Positions 1 through 9,374 of a stretch of 64,000 bases of DNA are shown here, one piece after another. The notes beneath the pieces are model-generated. The model saw only the letters and a program-made list of their open reading frames with translations. It made no database searches and was not told the origin of the DNA. Origin of the DNA: Patescibacteria group bacterium (lineage in GTDB: Bacteria; Patescibacteriota; Patescibacteriia; JAXHNJ01); assembly GCA_034520665.1 (NCBI GenBank), contig JAXHNJ010000002.1:352660-416659 (forward strand). Direction: 5' to 3'. Each line of letters starts with the position of its first letter. The stretch's first letter is position 1. The position numbers and the translations under genes were made by a program.

Positions 1-376
1 GCTATTGACGGTTGAGGTGAATTATTTATTGGTGTAGCTTGGTCCCAATTTTCTTCAGTAATTGACGAGAGAGCGTAACGGATATCATAAGTAGTGGCCT
101 GGCCAATAGCTCCGTCATCACCCGGTGCTGTCCATTTTAGAGTAACCGAGTTCGAACTCTGGCTGACAATATAATTTTGGGTATCGGCCGGTAAAGCCAC
201 AAAACCAGCCACATAAAAAATGACTGACGATATTACTGCTATCACTCCGACTGAATAACAAGTGCCCTGAAATATTTTTTGATAAGTCTTTACCTCTAAA
301 CCCAGATTGATTTTTATTTTGGTCAATAGTTTTAATGATTTTTGGTTGTCTTTTTCAAAATAAATTGGTTTCATAT
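1..376 (-). CDS. Partial CDS (N-terminal 125 aa; continues beyond the window start): membrane-anchored protein with a fibronectin type III-like domain
   Basis: ATG at 376 on the minus strand with an open frame to position 1. Translation MKPIYFEKDNQ... has a TM segment then ...SVTLKWTAPGDDG...YDIRY, an Fn3-like pattern. Not in the ORF track because it is truncated. Confidence 0.45.
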
Positions 377-2767
377 TTAGGTGGCGTTTAAGTCATTAAT
401 ATTATCAGGTGGAGTTTCATCGGCTGGCACTTCAGTATTAATATAAATATTATTCTGATACCGTTCAAAATCAATAGAATTATTTTCATTATCCAAAACT
501 GAAGTTACATATGGACCGTAAATTATGGATTCAGCTAAAGCATCACTAATCGTTACTGTTGAGCCATCACTGGCAACACTAATAGATTCAGCATTGGTTT
601 GTACTAAATCAATATCATTAACCAATAAAGAATTACCCTGATAAAGACCAAATTTAGATAAAGTATTATTATTTTTTCTCACTAAAGTAAATTTTCCATT
701 ACTAACTATATTATCATAGGAAATATTATTATTGGTATAAAACAAATAATCATCAATATTATTGTCCCAGGTTAATTTCACGCCGTAACCATTATTTACT
801 GGCAGATTAGTAAAATCGGGTGAATCAGAATTAGCTAGATAAGGATACATAATTGTAAAAAATTGAGGATTAACTGTATTATTAGTCACTACCAGCCGCT
901 GATTATCACCATCCTTATTGCCGGTATCATAAACACCCTGCGATAAACTAAGGTTAGAAAAATCAGGATTGGCAAAATAAATATCCAGTTTATTGCCCTT
1001 GTATTTACCAGTAATAGTAATTGGGTTTTGGCTGGTATCAATCGTATTATTTAAAGTGGAATGTAATAACCAATCGTATTTATGACTATTAGCATCTTTT
1101 TTAATATCATCGAATACTACAAAATATTCTCCGACTTCTGACTTTTTTACCGCTAAAACATAGCGATTGGCTTTTTCCACTGTATTGGGTTCACAACGCC
1201 AACCGCTCCAATCAGAATATCCTAGATTACAGTCAGGGCATTCAGCTGGGAAGGGATAGCCATCAGCATTAAACTCGCTGTGTCCATTATAAGCTGGAGA
1301 GAGATCAGCTTGGAGATAATCACTAAAAGGGTTAATTAAATGATTGGCGATATTACCATCTGTTCCAAGCGAACTGCCGGCATTATTTTGCCCAACATCG
1401 TCAATAGCTATAGTATTGTGGTCTTGCCAATCGCCGGCCCCATAGCCGGAATCAACCACAAAATCTTCGCCTTTTGACCAAAGAGTAAAATTACCTTGAT
1501 CTTCTTGAGCATGGCCTCCGTAAAACTTACCCGCATAGAGAGAAAAAACTGAATCGTTTGTCTCGGTTTGATTAACTCTCGGCCAGCCAGTACGGTAATA
1601 ATAAAGACCGCGATGTGAAAAAAGTTTTGAATTTGGCAATATTTGATTGGGATCCGCTGGTTCGATGTCTTGACTCCACAAAACCGTAGCTACATTATCA
1701 ATGTACGACAACCATAAATTCCGTCCCTGTGAAGCTTCCTTATCCCAAAGCCATTTGGCAAGACTGCTGTTATATCTATATTGCGGCCAGTCCATAATTC
1801 CGTTATACAAAGACAAAGGATAAGTTGTCCATAAGGCATCATTAAGATTATTTATTTGTGACCAAGAATTAGGACGAATATTATAAGCTAACCAATTTGA
1901 CATTTCACTAAGCTGTGGCAAAGTGCTGTAATCATAGCCATCATATTTTTTTCTAGCCTCTACGTAAGGAGCAAAAAATCTCATAGCAAAGCCGGCATAA
2001 AGAACACCTTCATTAAAAGCGCCATCCGTGCCAAAAATACTGTTAAGATTAATATTAATTACTGCCTCTGACCAAGCAAGTGCTTTATCTAAAAGTGTAT
2101 CATCTATGCCCTCTCCTCGGAAAACAATAGAAGCCAGGCCCACAGCACTACCACTCATCACTCCGCCATTATTAACATAAGGGCGATACTTTTTAGCTTC
2201 CCAGTCCCAAATCGGCCAATCACCACGATCACTAATATAAGTCAAAAGGCTTTGCATTTCGTTAACCATAATATTTTTTTCTTCCTGACTAGCTCCATCA
2301 AAACACATATCAAAACCTAAAGACATGGCAAAAATTCTTTGTGAACAAGCATGGGGGTCCTGACTATTATCATAATTATTAGCTAGATACAAAACTGCTT
2401 GTTTGCATTTATCCCGATATTCATATTTATTAGCATTAGATTGACTAGAAAGTTGATAAGCCGTGCCCAGAAGCGGAATATTAATAAAGCCATATTCTAA
2501 ACCTATCCAGGAATTAGGCGAAGAATAACCAACTATGGTATCCGCCCGGTTAATCAGACGATTATAAGCTGCGTCATCATCGCCTAAACTATCACTAATC
2601 TTTTCTCTTAAAGACAGAATTTCTTCTTCCGTAAAAAGTAAGCGTGGATGAAAAGCACCTTCCTGCGCCTTAACTGAAAAGATCCCAGGCTTAACTATTA
2701 ATCCAGAAATAGTCAAAAAAGCAAGAAATAAGCTTAATATAATTATTTTTTTGTTTCGTTTATTCAT
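377..2767 (-). CDS. Secreted heparinase II/III-like / alginate-lyase-like polysaccharide lyase (796 aa)
   Basis: N-terminal signal/TM segment, then GAFHPRLLFTEEEILSLREKI, which resembles the alginate-lyase/heparinase II/III N-terminal signature. Large aromatic-rich ectodomain. C-terminal ...DNINDLNAT tail shared with the upstream gene. Confidence 0.5.
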   Translation of the reverse strand: MNKRNKKIIILSLFLAFLTISGLIVKPGIFSVKAQEGAFHPRLLFTEEEILSLREKISDSLGDDDAAYNRLINRADTIVGYSSPNSWIGLEYGFINIPLLGTAYQLSSQSNANKYEYRDKCKQAVLYLANNYDNSQDPHACSQRIFAMSLGFDMCFDGASQEEKNIMVNEMQSLLTYISDRGDWPIWDWEAKKYRPYVNNGGVMSGSAVGLASIVFRGEGIDDTLLDKALAWSEAVININLNSIFGTDGAFNEGVLYAGFAMRFFAPYVEARKKYDGYDYSTLPQLSEMSNWLAYNIRPNSWSQINNLNDALWTTYPLSLYNGIMDWPQYRYNSSLAKWLWDKEASQGRNLWLSYIDNVATVLWSQDIEPADPNQILPNSKLFSHRGLYYYRTGWPRVNQTETNDSVFSLYAGKFYGGHAQEDQGNFTLWSKGEDFVVDSGYGAGDWQDHNTIAIDDVGQNNAGSSLGTDGNIANHLINPFSDYLQADLSPAYNGHSEFNADGYPFPAECPDCNLGYSDWSGWRCEPNTVEKANRYVLAVKKSEVGEYFVVFDDIKKDANSHKYDWLLHSTLNNTIDTSQNPITITGKYKGNKLDIYFANPDFSNLSLSQGVYDTGNKDGDNQRLVVTNNTVNPQFFTIMYPYLANSDSPDFTNLPVNNGYGVKLTWDNNIDDYLFYTNNNISYDNIVSNGKFTLVRKNNNTLSKFGLYQGNSLLVNDIDLVQTNAESISVASDGSTVTISDALAESIIYGPYVTSVLDNENNSIDFERYQNNIYINTEVPADETPPDNINDLNAT

Positions 2768-2799
2768 TATTTTTATTATAAACCTAAATCAAAATTACT

Positions 2800-4371
2800 T
2801 TAAGTAGCTTTTAAATCATCAATAGTCCCTGGAACAATAGTATCGACTTCCAATAATATGGCTCCCTCCCAGTTTCTCAAAGAAATTTCGGTTATTTTCG
2901 GCCCCAAATTTGCATCGGCATCAAGTGATTTGAAAGTACCGGGTAATAAATGAGTGGTTCGTGAATTTTCACTAAGGTTATAACCAACATGAGGCGGTTT
3001 AATTAAAACCATCGCTTTTGTAAAATTTCTTGCAAATATTTTATAATTATAATTATTTCCATCTATTCCTTCAGCAAAAACATAATAGTCACCCTCTGGC
3101 TGACCAATATCGTAGCCAATGGCATCATACCAAGCATTATAAGGATCAATGTCGAGACTATTAACTACCGGATAAGAAAAAAAGTAAGTATTTTCATTTT
3201 TTGAAAGATAGTAGGTAGCTAAACCAGCAATTCTTGAGATGTCAGCAATTGAAGCATTTCCGTCTTCTAATCTATGCTGCCTTAAAACAATATGTCCTTC
3301 GTTTGAAGCATCTAAACAAGCTTTGAGTTCATTTTCAAATGAATTAATATTCATGCCTGAATGAATTGATCCTTCGCGGATATAAATATCAACATTATCC
3401 TTAAAAGTAAAGGTTGGTTCTTCATAACTATTATCCAAATGTCTCCAAGTATTAGCAGCTAAATATTTACCCAGATAAGTCTCGTGTAATTTATTTTGAA
3501 TAATTTCTGTTAAATTAGCTAAATAAGTATTATACTCTTCTCTAGAAGAAAATTCTCTTAAATTTTGAAATTCTTCTTCAGTAGAAAAATGAGCATAACC
3601 ATCCCAGGACAACACATCTAGAAAATAGCCGTCAACATTTTCTTCATATTTTATTATTAGCTGCTCGGTATAATAATCCTGCCAAAAATCAATATAAACC
3701 GGTGATTTAATATTAGTATACCAACTAGAAGCATCCCAAGCTCCGGGTACTCTTGAGCGAGTCGGATCAGCCGGATCATAAGGGGTTATGGTAATTTCCG
3801 TGGTGCCATAACGATCTTCCCGGCCACCAAAAGTAAAAGTAATTGGATCAGAAGTCTCTGATAGATGCAACCAACAATCTTCAAAAGCTTCATCAACTGA
3901 ATTAAAACCCCAGCCGTTATAATTATCAAAATTATTTTCTATCCAATTATATAAATCAGTCCACTGACCTTCCCAATAATAAGTATTAGAAGAGTAATCA
4001 TAAAAACCAGCCCCTGTATTGGCATCACCGCCAAGAATTAATCGGTTTGCTTCTTGTTCTTTATAATCCTGTGGCGAATAGCCAGTAACAATAAGATCGT
4101 GCTTACTTAACCAGAAATCTTTAACATCTTCAGCCGAATAATCCGGAAATTTACCTTCCCCATATTCCCCAAATCGAGTATAGGGCATTAAATAATAGCC
4201 ATAACTTTTCACTGATGAAAGGGGAACTTGATAGTTAGTTTCTTGTCCAACCGCTTCTTTTGTTTTATCTGCCCAGAAACTTATTTTTGATAAATAAAAA
4301 ATACCCGATAAAACTAAAATTAGTGTAAAAAATCCGTAAGTTAAGTATTTTAAATATTTATTTATCATCAT
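2800..4371 (-). CDS. Membrane-anchored hypothetical protein, possibly glycoside-hydrolase-like ectodomain (523 aa)
   Basis: Single N-terminal TM. W/Y/D-rich extracellular domain. C-terminal ...TIDDLKAT motif shared with ORF 377..2767. Same strand and 32-nt spacing suggest an operon with the lyase-like gene. Confidence 0.4.
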   Translation of the reverse strand: MMINKYLKYLTYGFFTLILVLSGIFYLSKISFWADKTKEAVGQETNYQVPLSSVKSYGYYLMPYTRFGEYGEGKFPDYSAEDVKDFWLSKHDLIVTGYSPQDYKEQEANRLILGGDANTGAGFYDYSSNTYYWEGQWTDLYNWIENNFDNYNGWGFNSVDEAFEDCWLHLSETSDPITFTFGGREDRYGTTEITITPYDPADPTRSRVPGAWDASSWYTNIKSPVYIDFWQDYYTEQLIIKYEENVDGYFLDVLSWDGYAHFSTEEEFQNLREFSSREEYNTYLANLTEIIQNKLHETYLGKYLAANTWRHLDNSYEEPTFTFKDNVDIYIREGSIHSGMNINSFENELKACLDASNEGHIVLRQHRLEDGNASIADISRIAGLATYYLSKNENTYFFSYPVVNSLDIDPYNAWYDAIGYDIGQPEGDYYVFAEGIDGNNYNYKIFARNFTKAMVLIKPPHVGYNLSENSRTTHLLPGTFKSLDADANLGPKITEISLRNWEGAILLEVDTIVPGTIDDLKAT

Positions 4372-4427
4372 CTTTATTATACCAAGCTGTAAACAATTTG
4401 ATAAATCCTGTATAATACATCAGCTTT

Positions 4428-6398
4428 ATGAAATTTAAACTACGAACAAAATTTAAACCAACTGGCGATCAGCCGCAGGCTATAAAAAAAATTACCAGGG
4501 GTCTTAATAATAGTTTAAAAAACCAAACCTTGCTTGGCGTCACCGGCTCTGGCAAAACTTTTACTATGGCTAACATTATTGAAAAAGTACAAAGGCCAAC
4601 TTTAATTATTTCACATAATAAAACTTTGGCCGCTCAACTAGCCAGTGAATTTAAACAGTTTTTTCCTAAAAACGCGGTTAATTATTTTGTCTCTTATTAT
4701 GATTATTACCAACCAGAGGTTTATATTCCCCGCTCAGATACTTATATTGCTAAAGAAACCCAAATTAATCAAGAAATAGACCGCCTGCGTCATGCTTCCA
4801 CGGCTGATCTTTTAACTAGAAAAGATGTTATTATTGTGGCTTCAGTTTCCTGTATTTATTCGCTAGGCTCGCCAAGTACTTATCAAAAACAAAAAGTAAA
4901 TATAAAAAAATCTGAAAAAAAATCAAGAACTAAATTATTTAAAGAATTAACCCGTATTCAGTATAAAAGAAATGATATTGATTTCCATCGGGGAGTTTTT
5001 CGAGCTAAAGGTGATACGGTTGACATTTATCCCGCTTCGGCCCGGGAGGAAGGTTTTAAAATAGAATTTTTTGGTGATGAAATTGAAAACATAAGCCGTT
5101 TTGATCCTTTGACCGGAGAAAGACTGGAAGACTTAAAAAAAATTGATATTTACCCGGCCAGCCATTATTTAACTACTCAAGAAAATCTCGATCATATTTT
5201 CCAACAAATTAGAAAAGATTTGCGCCAAAGATTAAAAAATTTGAAAAAACAAAATAAACTTTTGGAAGCCCAAAGACTAGAACAAAGAACTAATTATGAC
5301 CTGGAAATGATAAAAACCACCGGCTTTTGTTCGGGTATTGAAAATTATTCCCGTTATTTTGACGGCCGTTCGCCAGGAGATCCTGCTTTTACTCTCTTTG
5401 ATTATTATCCAAATAACTTTCTGGTTTTTATTGATGAATCACACATGACTATTCCGCAAATTGGCGCTATGTATAAAGGCGACCGTTCCCGTAAAAAAAC
5501 TCTAATTAAGCATGGTTTTCGCCTGCCTTCAGCTCTGGATAACCGACCGCTTAAGTTTAAGGAATACGAAAAAAGGGTTAATCAAGCCGTTTATGTCTCG
5601 GCTACTCCCTCTTCTTATGAAAAAAGGGTTTCAGATCAAGTGGTTGAGCAACTGCTTAGACCAACCGGTTTGCTAGACCCGACTATTAAAGTCAAGCCGA
5701 CCAAAAACCAGATTGATGATCTTATTCACCAAATTAAAGAAAGAATAAAGAAAAAACAAAGAGTTCTGGTAACTACTTTAACCAAAAGAATGGCTGAAGA
5801 ACTGGCTGAATATTTAAGTGAAGTTAATATCAAAGTTCATTACCTACATTCAGAAATTGATACCCTGAAACGCCTGGAAATACTCAGGGATTTACGAATA
5901 GGCACCTATGAAGTATTAGTAGGCATAAATCTTCTTCGCGAGGGTCTAGATTTACCAGAAGTTTCATTAATCATCATACTAGACGCTGATAAAGAGGGTT
6001 ACTTAAGAACCTCCACCGCTTTAATCCAAACTATGGGCCGGGCCGCTCGGCACCAGGAAGGCCATATTATTATGTACGCGGACAAAATCACTAAATCTAT
6101 GAAGCAAGCGATTGATGAAACTAAACGCCGCCGCCAATACCAAAAAAAATACAATAAAAAATATAAAATTACTCCGACTTCTATCAAAAAAGCGATACAA
6201 AAAGATCGTTTGGCCGGAGTTAAAATAGCTGAAACTGAAATTGAGCATCCTGATATTAAAAAAATACCCAAAGGTGAAATTAACCATCTAATTAAAGACT
6301 TAAAAGACCAGATGGAGCTAGCGGCTCAAAATCTTGAATTTGAAAAAGCGGCCGCTTTGCGCGATGAGATTAAAAGTATCAGAAAACAAAGCCAATAA
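4428..6398 (+). CDS. uvrB: Excinuclease ABC subunit B
   Basis: GVTGSGKTF Walker A, helicase motifs, and a C-terminal UVR domain (EFEKAAALRDEIKSIRK). 656 aa is typical length. Confidence 0.95.
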   Translation: MKFKLRTKFKPTGDQPQAIKKITRGLNNSLKNQTLLGVTGSGKTFTMANIIEKVQRPTLIISHNKTLAAQLASEFKQFFPKNAVNYFVSYYDYYQPEVYIPRSDTYIAKETQINQEIDRLRHASTADLLTRKDVIIVASVSCIYSLGSPSTYQKQKVNIKKSEKKSRTKLFKELTRIQYKRNDIDFHRGVFRAKGDTVDIYPASAREEGFKIEFFGDEIENISRFDPLTGERLEDLKKIDIYPASHYLTTQENLDHIFQQIRKDLRQRLKNLKKQNKLLEAQRLEQRTNYDLEMIKTTGFCSGIENYSRYFDGRSPGDPAFTLFDYYPNNFLVFIDESHMTIPQIGAMYKGDRSRKKTLIKHGFRLPSALDNRPLKFKEYEKRVNQAVYVSATPSSYEKRVSDQVVEQLLRPTGLLDPTIKVKPTKNQIDDLIHQIKERIKKKQRVLVTTLTKRMAEELAEYLSEVNIKVHYLHSEIDTLKRLEILRDLRIGTYEVLVGINLLREGLDLPEVSLIIILDADKEGYLRTSTALIQTMGRAARHQEGHIIMYADKITKSMKQAIDETKRRRQYQKKYNKKYKITPTSIKKAIQKDRLAGVKIAETEIEHPDIKKIPKGEINHLIKDLKDQMELAAQNLEFEKAAALRDEIKSIRKQSQ

Positions 6399-6401
6399 AA
6401 A

Positions 6402-6434
6402 AAGGCTGCCATTTTTTTAAAAATTAGCAGCCTT
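6402..6434. terminator. Hairpin AAGGCUGC...GCAGCCUU between convergent uvrB and rpoD (bidirectional terminator candidate)
   Basis: 8-bp inverted repeat with an A/T-rich loop and flanking T/A runs, immediately after the uvrB stop and the rpoD stop. Confidence 0.45.
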
Positions 6435-6436
6435 AG

Positions 6437-7936
6437 TTAATAATCAGGATGAATGCCTTCTAGAAAACAAGCTCGACTGGGATGTCTTAATTTTTTTAAA
6501 GCTTTTTCTTCAATCTGCCGCACTCTTTCACGGGTAACCCCTAAGATTTTACCTACTTCTTCTAAGGTTCTGTCTTGGCCGTCTCCCAGACCAAATCTTA
6601 AACGGATCACTTTTTCCTCACGGCGACTGAGAGTAGCCAAAACTTTTTCGGCCTTGTCACTAAGCAGTGAATGCCTGGCTACCTCGGCCGGTGAGACAGC
6701 CTTTTTATCTTCAATAAAATTACCAAAAAAAGAATCTTCCTCATCACTGACCTTTTTATCCAGAGATTGGGGATTTTTAGCAAACTCTAAGGCCTTTTCT
6801 ATTTTTGCTACTGGTAAATTTAATTTATTGGCTATATCTTCTGGCTTTGGTGACCGTTTTATTTCCTGATATAACTCTTGCCTAGCCCGTACTACTTTAT
6901 TAATAATCTCAACCATATGTACCGGCACTCTGATGGTTCGAGATTGGTCAGCTAAAGCGTGGGTAATAGCATGGCGAATCCACCAGACCGCATAAGTAGA
7001 AAACTTATAGCCTTTACAATAATCAAATTTTTCCACGGCTCGTATTAAGCCGGCATTGCCTTCTTGAATAAGATCTAAAAAATCCATTCCTCGGTAAGTG
7101 TAACGCTTGGCCACAGCCACCACTAAACGCACATTGGCTTCAGTCATTTCATGCTTGGCTTTTTCTATAATTATTAAGCCTTTTTCTAATTGTTGTCTGA
7201 CTTCTCCTAAAAAGCGACTATTTAACTCCTCTTCGTCATCACTTTTTATATTCCTAGCTTTTTCAATCAATTTTTTCAAGTATTTAGGCTGAAATCTAAA
7301 CTTAAGACAAAGATCACTGTATCTCTTTTTCTTCTGATCATACTCTTTTTGCCAGGAATCTACTTTACTCTGATTTTTTTTCAGATAAAATAATTTTCTT
7401 CTAAGCAGCAGGATTTCTTCCAGAAGACGAATACATTTTTTGCTATTGGCGGCCCAAGGATTATTGTGATGAAGTTCTCCACGAATTTCAAAAAACTTAA
7501 TAGGCTTATATTTCTTTTCTTGCAAAACTCTGATAACTTTATGCATTTCTAATGAAATAGGCTCAAGTCTAAACAAAGCTTGATGTGTTTTTTGATAACC
7601 CCTTTCTATCTTCCGAAATATTTCAATCTCTTCTTGCCATGTAAGCAGCTGGCTTTTTGATATTTCATGAAGATAGAAGCCCAATGAATTATGTTTTCTT
7701 TTTCTTCTCCCTAATGTCTTTTTCTTAGTTTTGACAGAACTGGGAGAAGAAAGTTGAAGACCAAGATTTTTATAAGCCTTTTTGAGAATAGATTTTTTTA
7801 AGCCGTTAACTTTAAGCTGTGCAAATATTTTATCCAGATCTCCCTGGTAATTCTGATGAGCTTGACGCAAAGCCTGATCAATGTCCAAGCCAGTCTTTTT
7901 TTCAATCCTTCGGCCCAGTTCTGTCTGTGCTGCCAT
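6437..7936 (-). CDS. rpoD: RNA polymerase sigma-70 factor RpoD
   Basis: Region 2 [19 protein letters not shown]. Region 4 [30 protein letters not shown]. Confidence 0.95.
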   Translation of the reverse strand: MAAQTELGRRIEKKTGLDIDQALRQAHQNYQGDLDKIFAQLKVNGLKKSILKKAYKNLGLQLSSPSSVKTKKKTLGRRKRKHNSLGFYLHEISKSQLLTWQEEIEIFRKIERGYQKTHQALFRLEPISLEMHKVIRVLQEKKYKPIKFFEIRGELHHNNPWAANSKKCIRLLEEILLLRRKLFYLKKNQSKVDSWQKEYDQKKKRYSDLCLKFRFQPKYLKKLIEKARNIKSDDEEELNSRFLGEVRQQLEKGLIIIEKAKHEMTEANVRLVVAVAKRYTYRGMDFLDLIQEGNAGLIRAVEKFDYCKGYKFSTYAVWWIRHAITHALADQSRTIRVPVHMVEIINKVVRARQELYQEIKRSPKPEDIANKLNLPVAKIEKALEFAKNPQSLDKKVSDEEDSFFGNFIEDKKAVSPAEVARHSLLSDKAEKVLATLSRREEKVIRLRFGLGDGQDRTLEEVGKILGVTRERVRQIEEKALKKLRHPSRACFLEGIHPDY

Positions 7937-7972
7937 TTATGAATTCACCTCCTTCTTCTAAACAAGTCTACT

Positions 7973-8611
7973 TTATAACCCAGACTCTGATTTTGAAATC
8001 ATTGCTTTTATACTTTTATGTTTTTTATATTGATAAAAATCCGCATCGTTTATTTGAAAGCCCGGCTTTGCAGATTTTTCCAGAGCCTTTTTCATTTTTC
8101 TTTTCCAGTCTCCTAAGCCTTCTGCTTGGTTAAATGAACGAACTAGAGCTTCCTTTAAGCTCTCACCTTCTTTGTCAGAAAAAGCACGGCGGTACATTTC
8201 CGCGTACTCTTTCATCTTACCGGTCATTTCCTTACCTAGGCTGGCAGACTTCTTTTCAGAACTGCTCTTTACTTTAGAATCTTTTTGATCCTCTTCTTCC
8301 GCAGGTTCTTCTTCCTGGGAGCTTTCCTCTTCTCCATCCCATTCAATCTCATTACTATAAATCTTAAGAGCCGCGATTACTGCGTGCCTGGCTTTTGTTA
8401 TCTTTTCAATATTATCTTCTGGAATATCAAAGTCTAAGAGCTTTTCTAGCTCAAGGGGTTTAAGCTCTTTTTCTTTAAAGTCAGTAGCCAAACACATAAG
8501 ATCAAATTCAGGCGGCAGATGTTCTATCCAGTTTTCATTGATTTCATCCGGGTGTTTGAGTAAAAATTGCAGCCGTCTGAAAAGTACTTCTGAAAATAAA
8601 GTTGAATTCAT
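7973..8611 (-). CDS. Hypothetical acidic protein (212 aa)
   Basis: Long ORF with a glutamate-rich central stretch. No recognisable motif. Sits upstream of rpoD on the same strand. Confidence 0.45.
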   Translation of the reverse strand: MNSTLFSEVLFRRLQFLLKHPDEINENWIEHLPPEFDLMCLATDFKEKELKPLELEKLLDFDIPEDNIEKITKARHAVIAALKIYSNEIEWDGEEESSQEEEPAEEEDQKDSKVKSSSEKKSASLGKEMTGKMKEYAEMYRRAFSDKEGESLKEALVRSFNQAEGLGDWKRKMKKALEKSAKPGFQINDADFYQYKKHKSIKAMISKSESGL

Positions 8612-8832
8612 TATTATCCTCCTTTTTTAAGTTTAAAAACTTTAAAACTCCGGCTAATTTAGATCCTGTCCATAAATAATCTCCTTTACTACATAATCCT
8701 GATTTAAATAAAAAATAAATGTCAAAGATCAAATACCCTCCACATTTTGATTTATTGTTATACCTTAGCCATATTTGTATAAATTGTCAATTAACAATTT
8801 TGTTGATAATTTTTTATTAAAAAAAATAACCC

Positions 8833-8860
8833 GTAGATGCTAGTCGCGACTAACGCCTAC
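8833..8860. repeat. Imperfect palindrome GTAGATGCTAGTCGCGACTAACGCCTAC, copy 2 of a palindromic element
   Basis: Related to the perfect 28-nt palindrome at 11733..11760 (shared core TAGTCGCGACTA). Lies in the divergent intergenic region upstream of ORF 8916. Confidence 0.4.
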
Positions 8861-8915
8861 TAGACAATAAAAACCAGTAAATATGCTATTATAAAAAGAG
8901 ATAAAACTAGAATTT

Positions 8916-9341
8916 ATGAAAAAAGAAAAAAAAGTCCTGGTTTTCGGCACTTTTGACCATCTTCACCCCGGTCACCAGTATTTTTTAAAAAAAGCCAAAA
9001 GTTTAGGAAATAGGTTAATGGTAGTATTGGCTCGAGATAAAAATGTCAAGAAAATCAAAGGGCAAAAGCCGAGCCAAAATGAAAAGCAAAGACTAATAAA
9101 AATTAAAAATCTTGATTTTGTTGATCAGGTCTTTTTAGGTCAAGATAATTTAAATCATAAATATGATATTATCAAAAAAATTAAGCCGGATATTATTGCT
9201 TTAGGTTATGATCAGAAAAATTTTACTCAGGATTTACCAAAATATATAAACAATAAAACAAAAATAATTAGACTTAAGGCATTTGAGCCTGGTAAATATA
9301 AATCATCAATTATTAAACAAAGAAAAAACGGCGACTTATAA
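8916..9341 (+). CDS. Cytidylyltransferase-like nucleotidyltransferase (HxGH family; FAD synthetase RibL-like or glycerol-3-P cytidylyltransferase-like)
   Basis: FGTFDHLHPGHQYFL carries the (T/H)xGH nucleotidyltransferase signature. 141 aa. Confidence 0.6.
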   Translation: MKKEKKVLVFGTFDHLHPGHQYFLKKAKSLGNRLMVVLARDKNVKKIKGQKPSQNEKQRLIKIKNLDFVDQVFLGQDNLNHKYDIIKKIKPDIIALGYDQKNFTQDLPKYINNKTKIIRLKAFEPGKYKSSIIKQRKNGDL

Positions 9342-9374
9342 AATCGCCGTTTGGTTAAAGTTCAAAATTAATAA

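Noticed and set aside
5999-8133. Antisense or overlapping ORFs 5999..6271, 6021..6287, 6453..6869, 7107..7292, 7819..8133
   Set aside because: They are embedded in the opposite strand of the well-supported uvrB and rpoD genes, are low-complexity, and have no start context.
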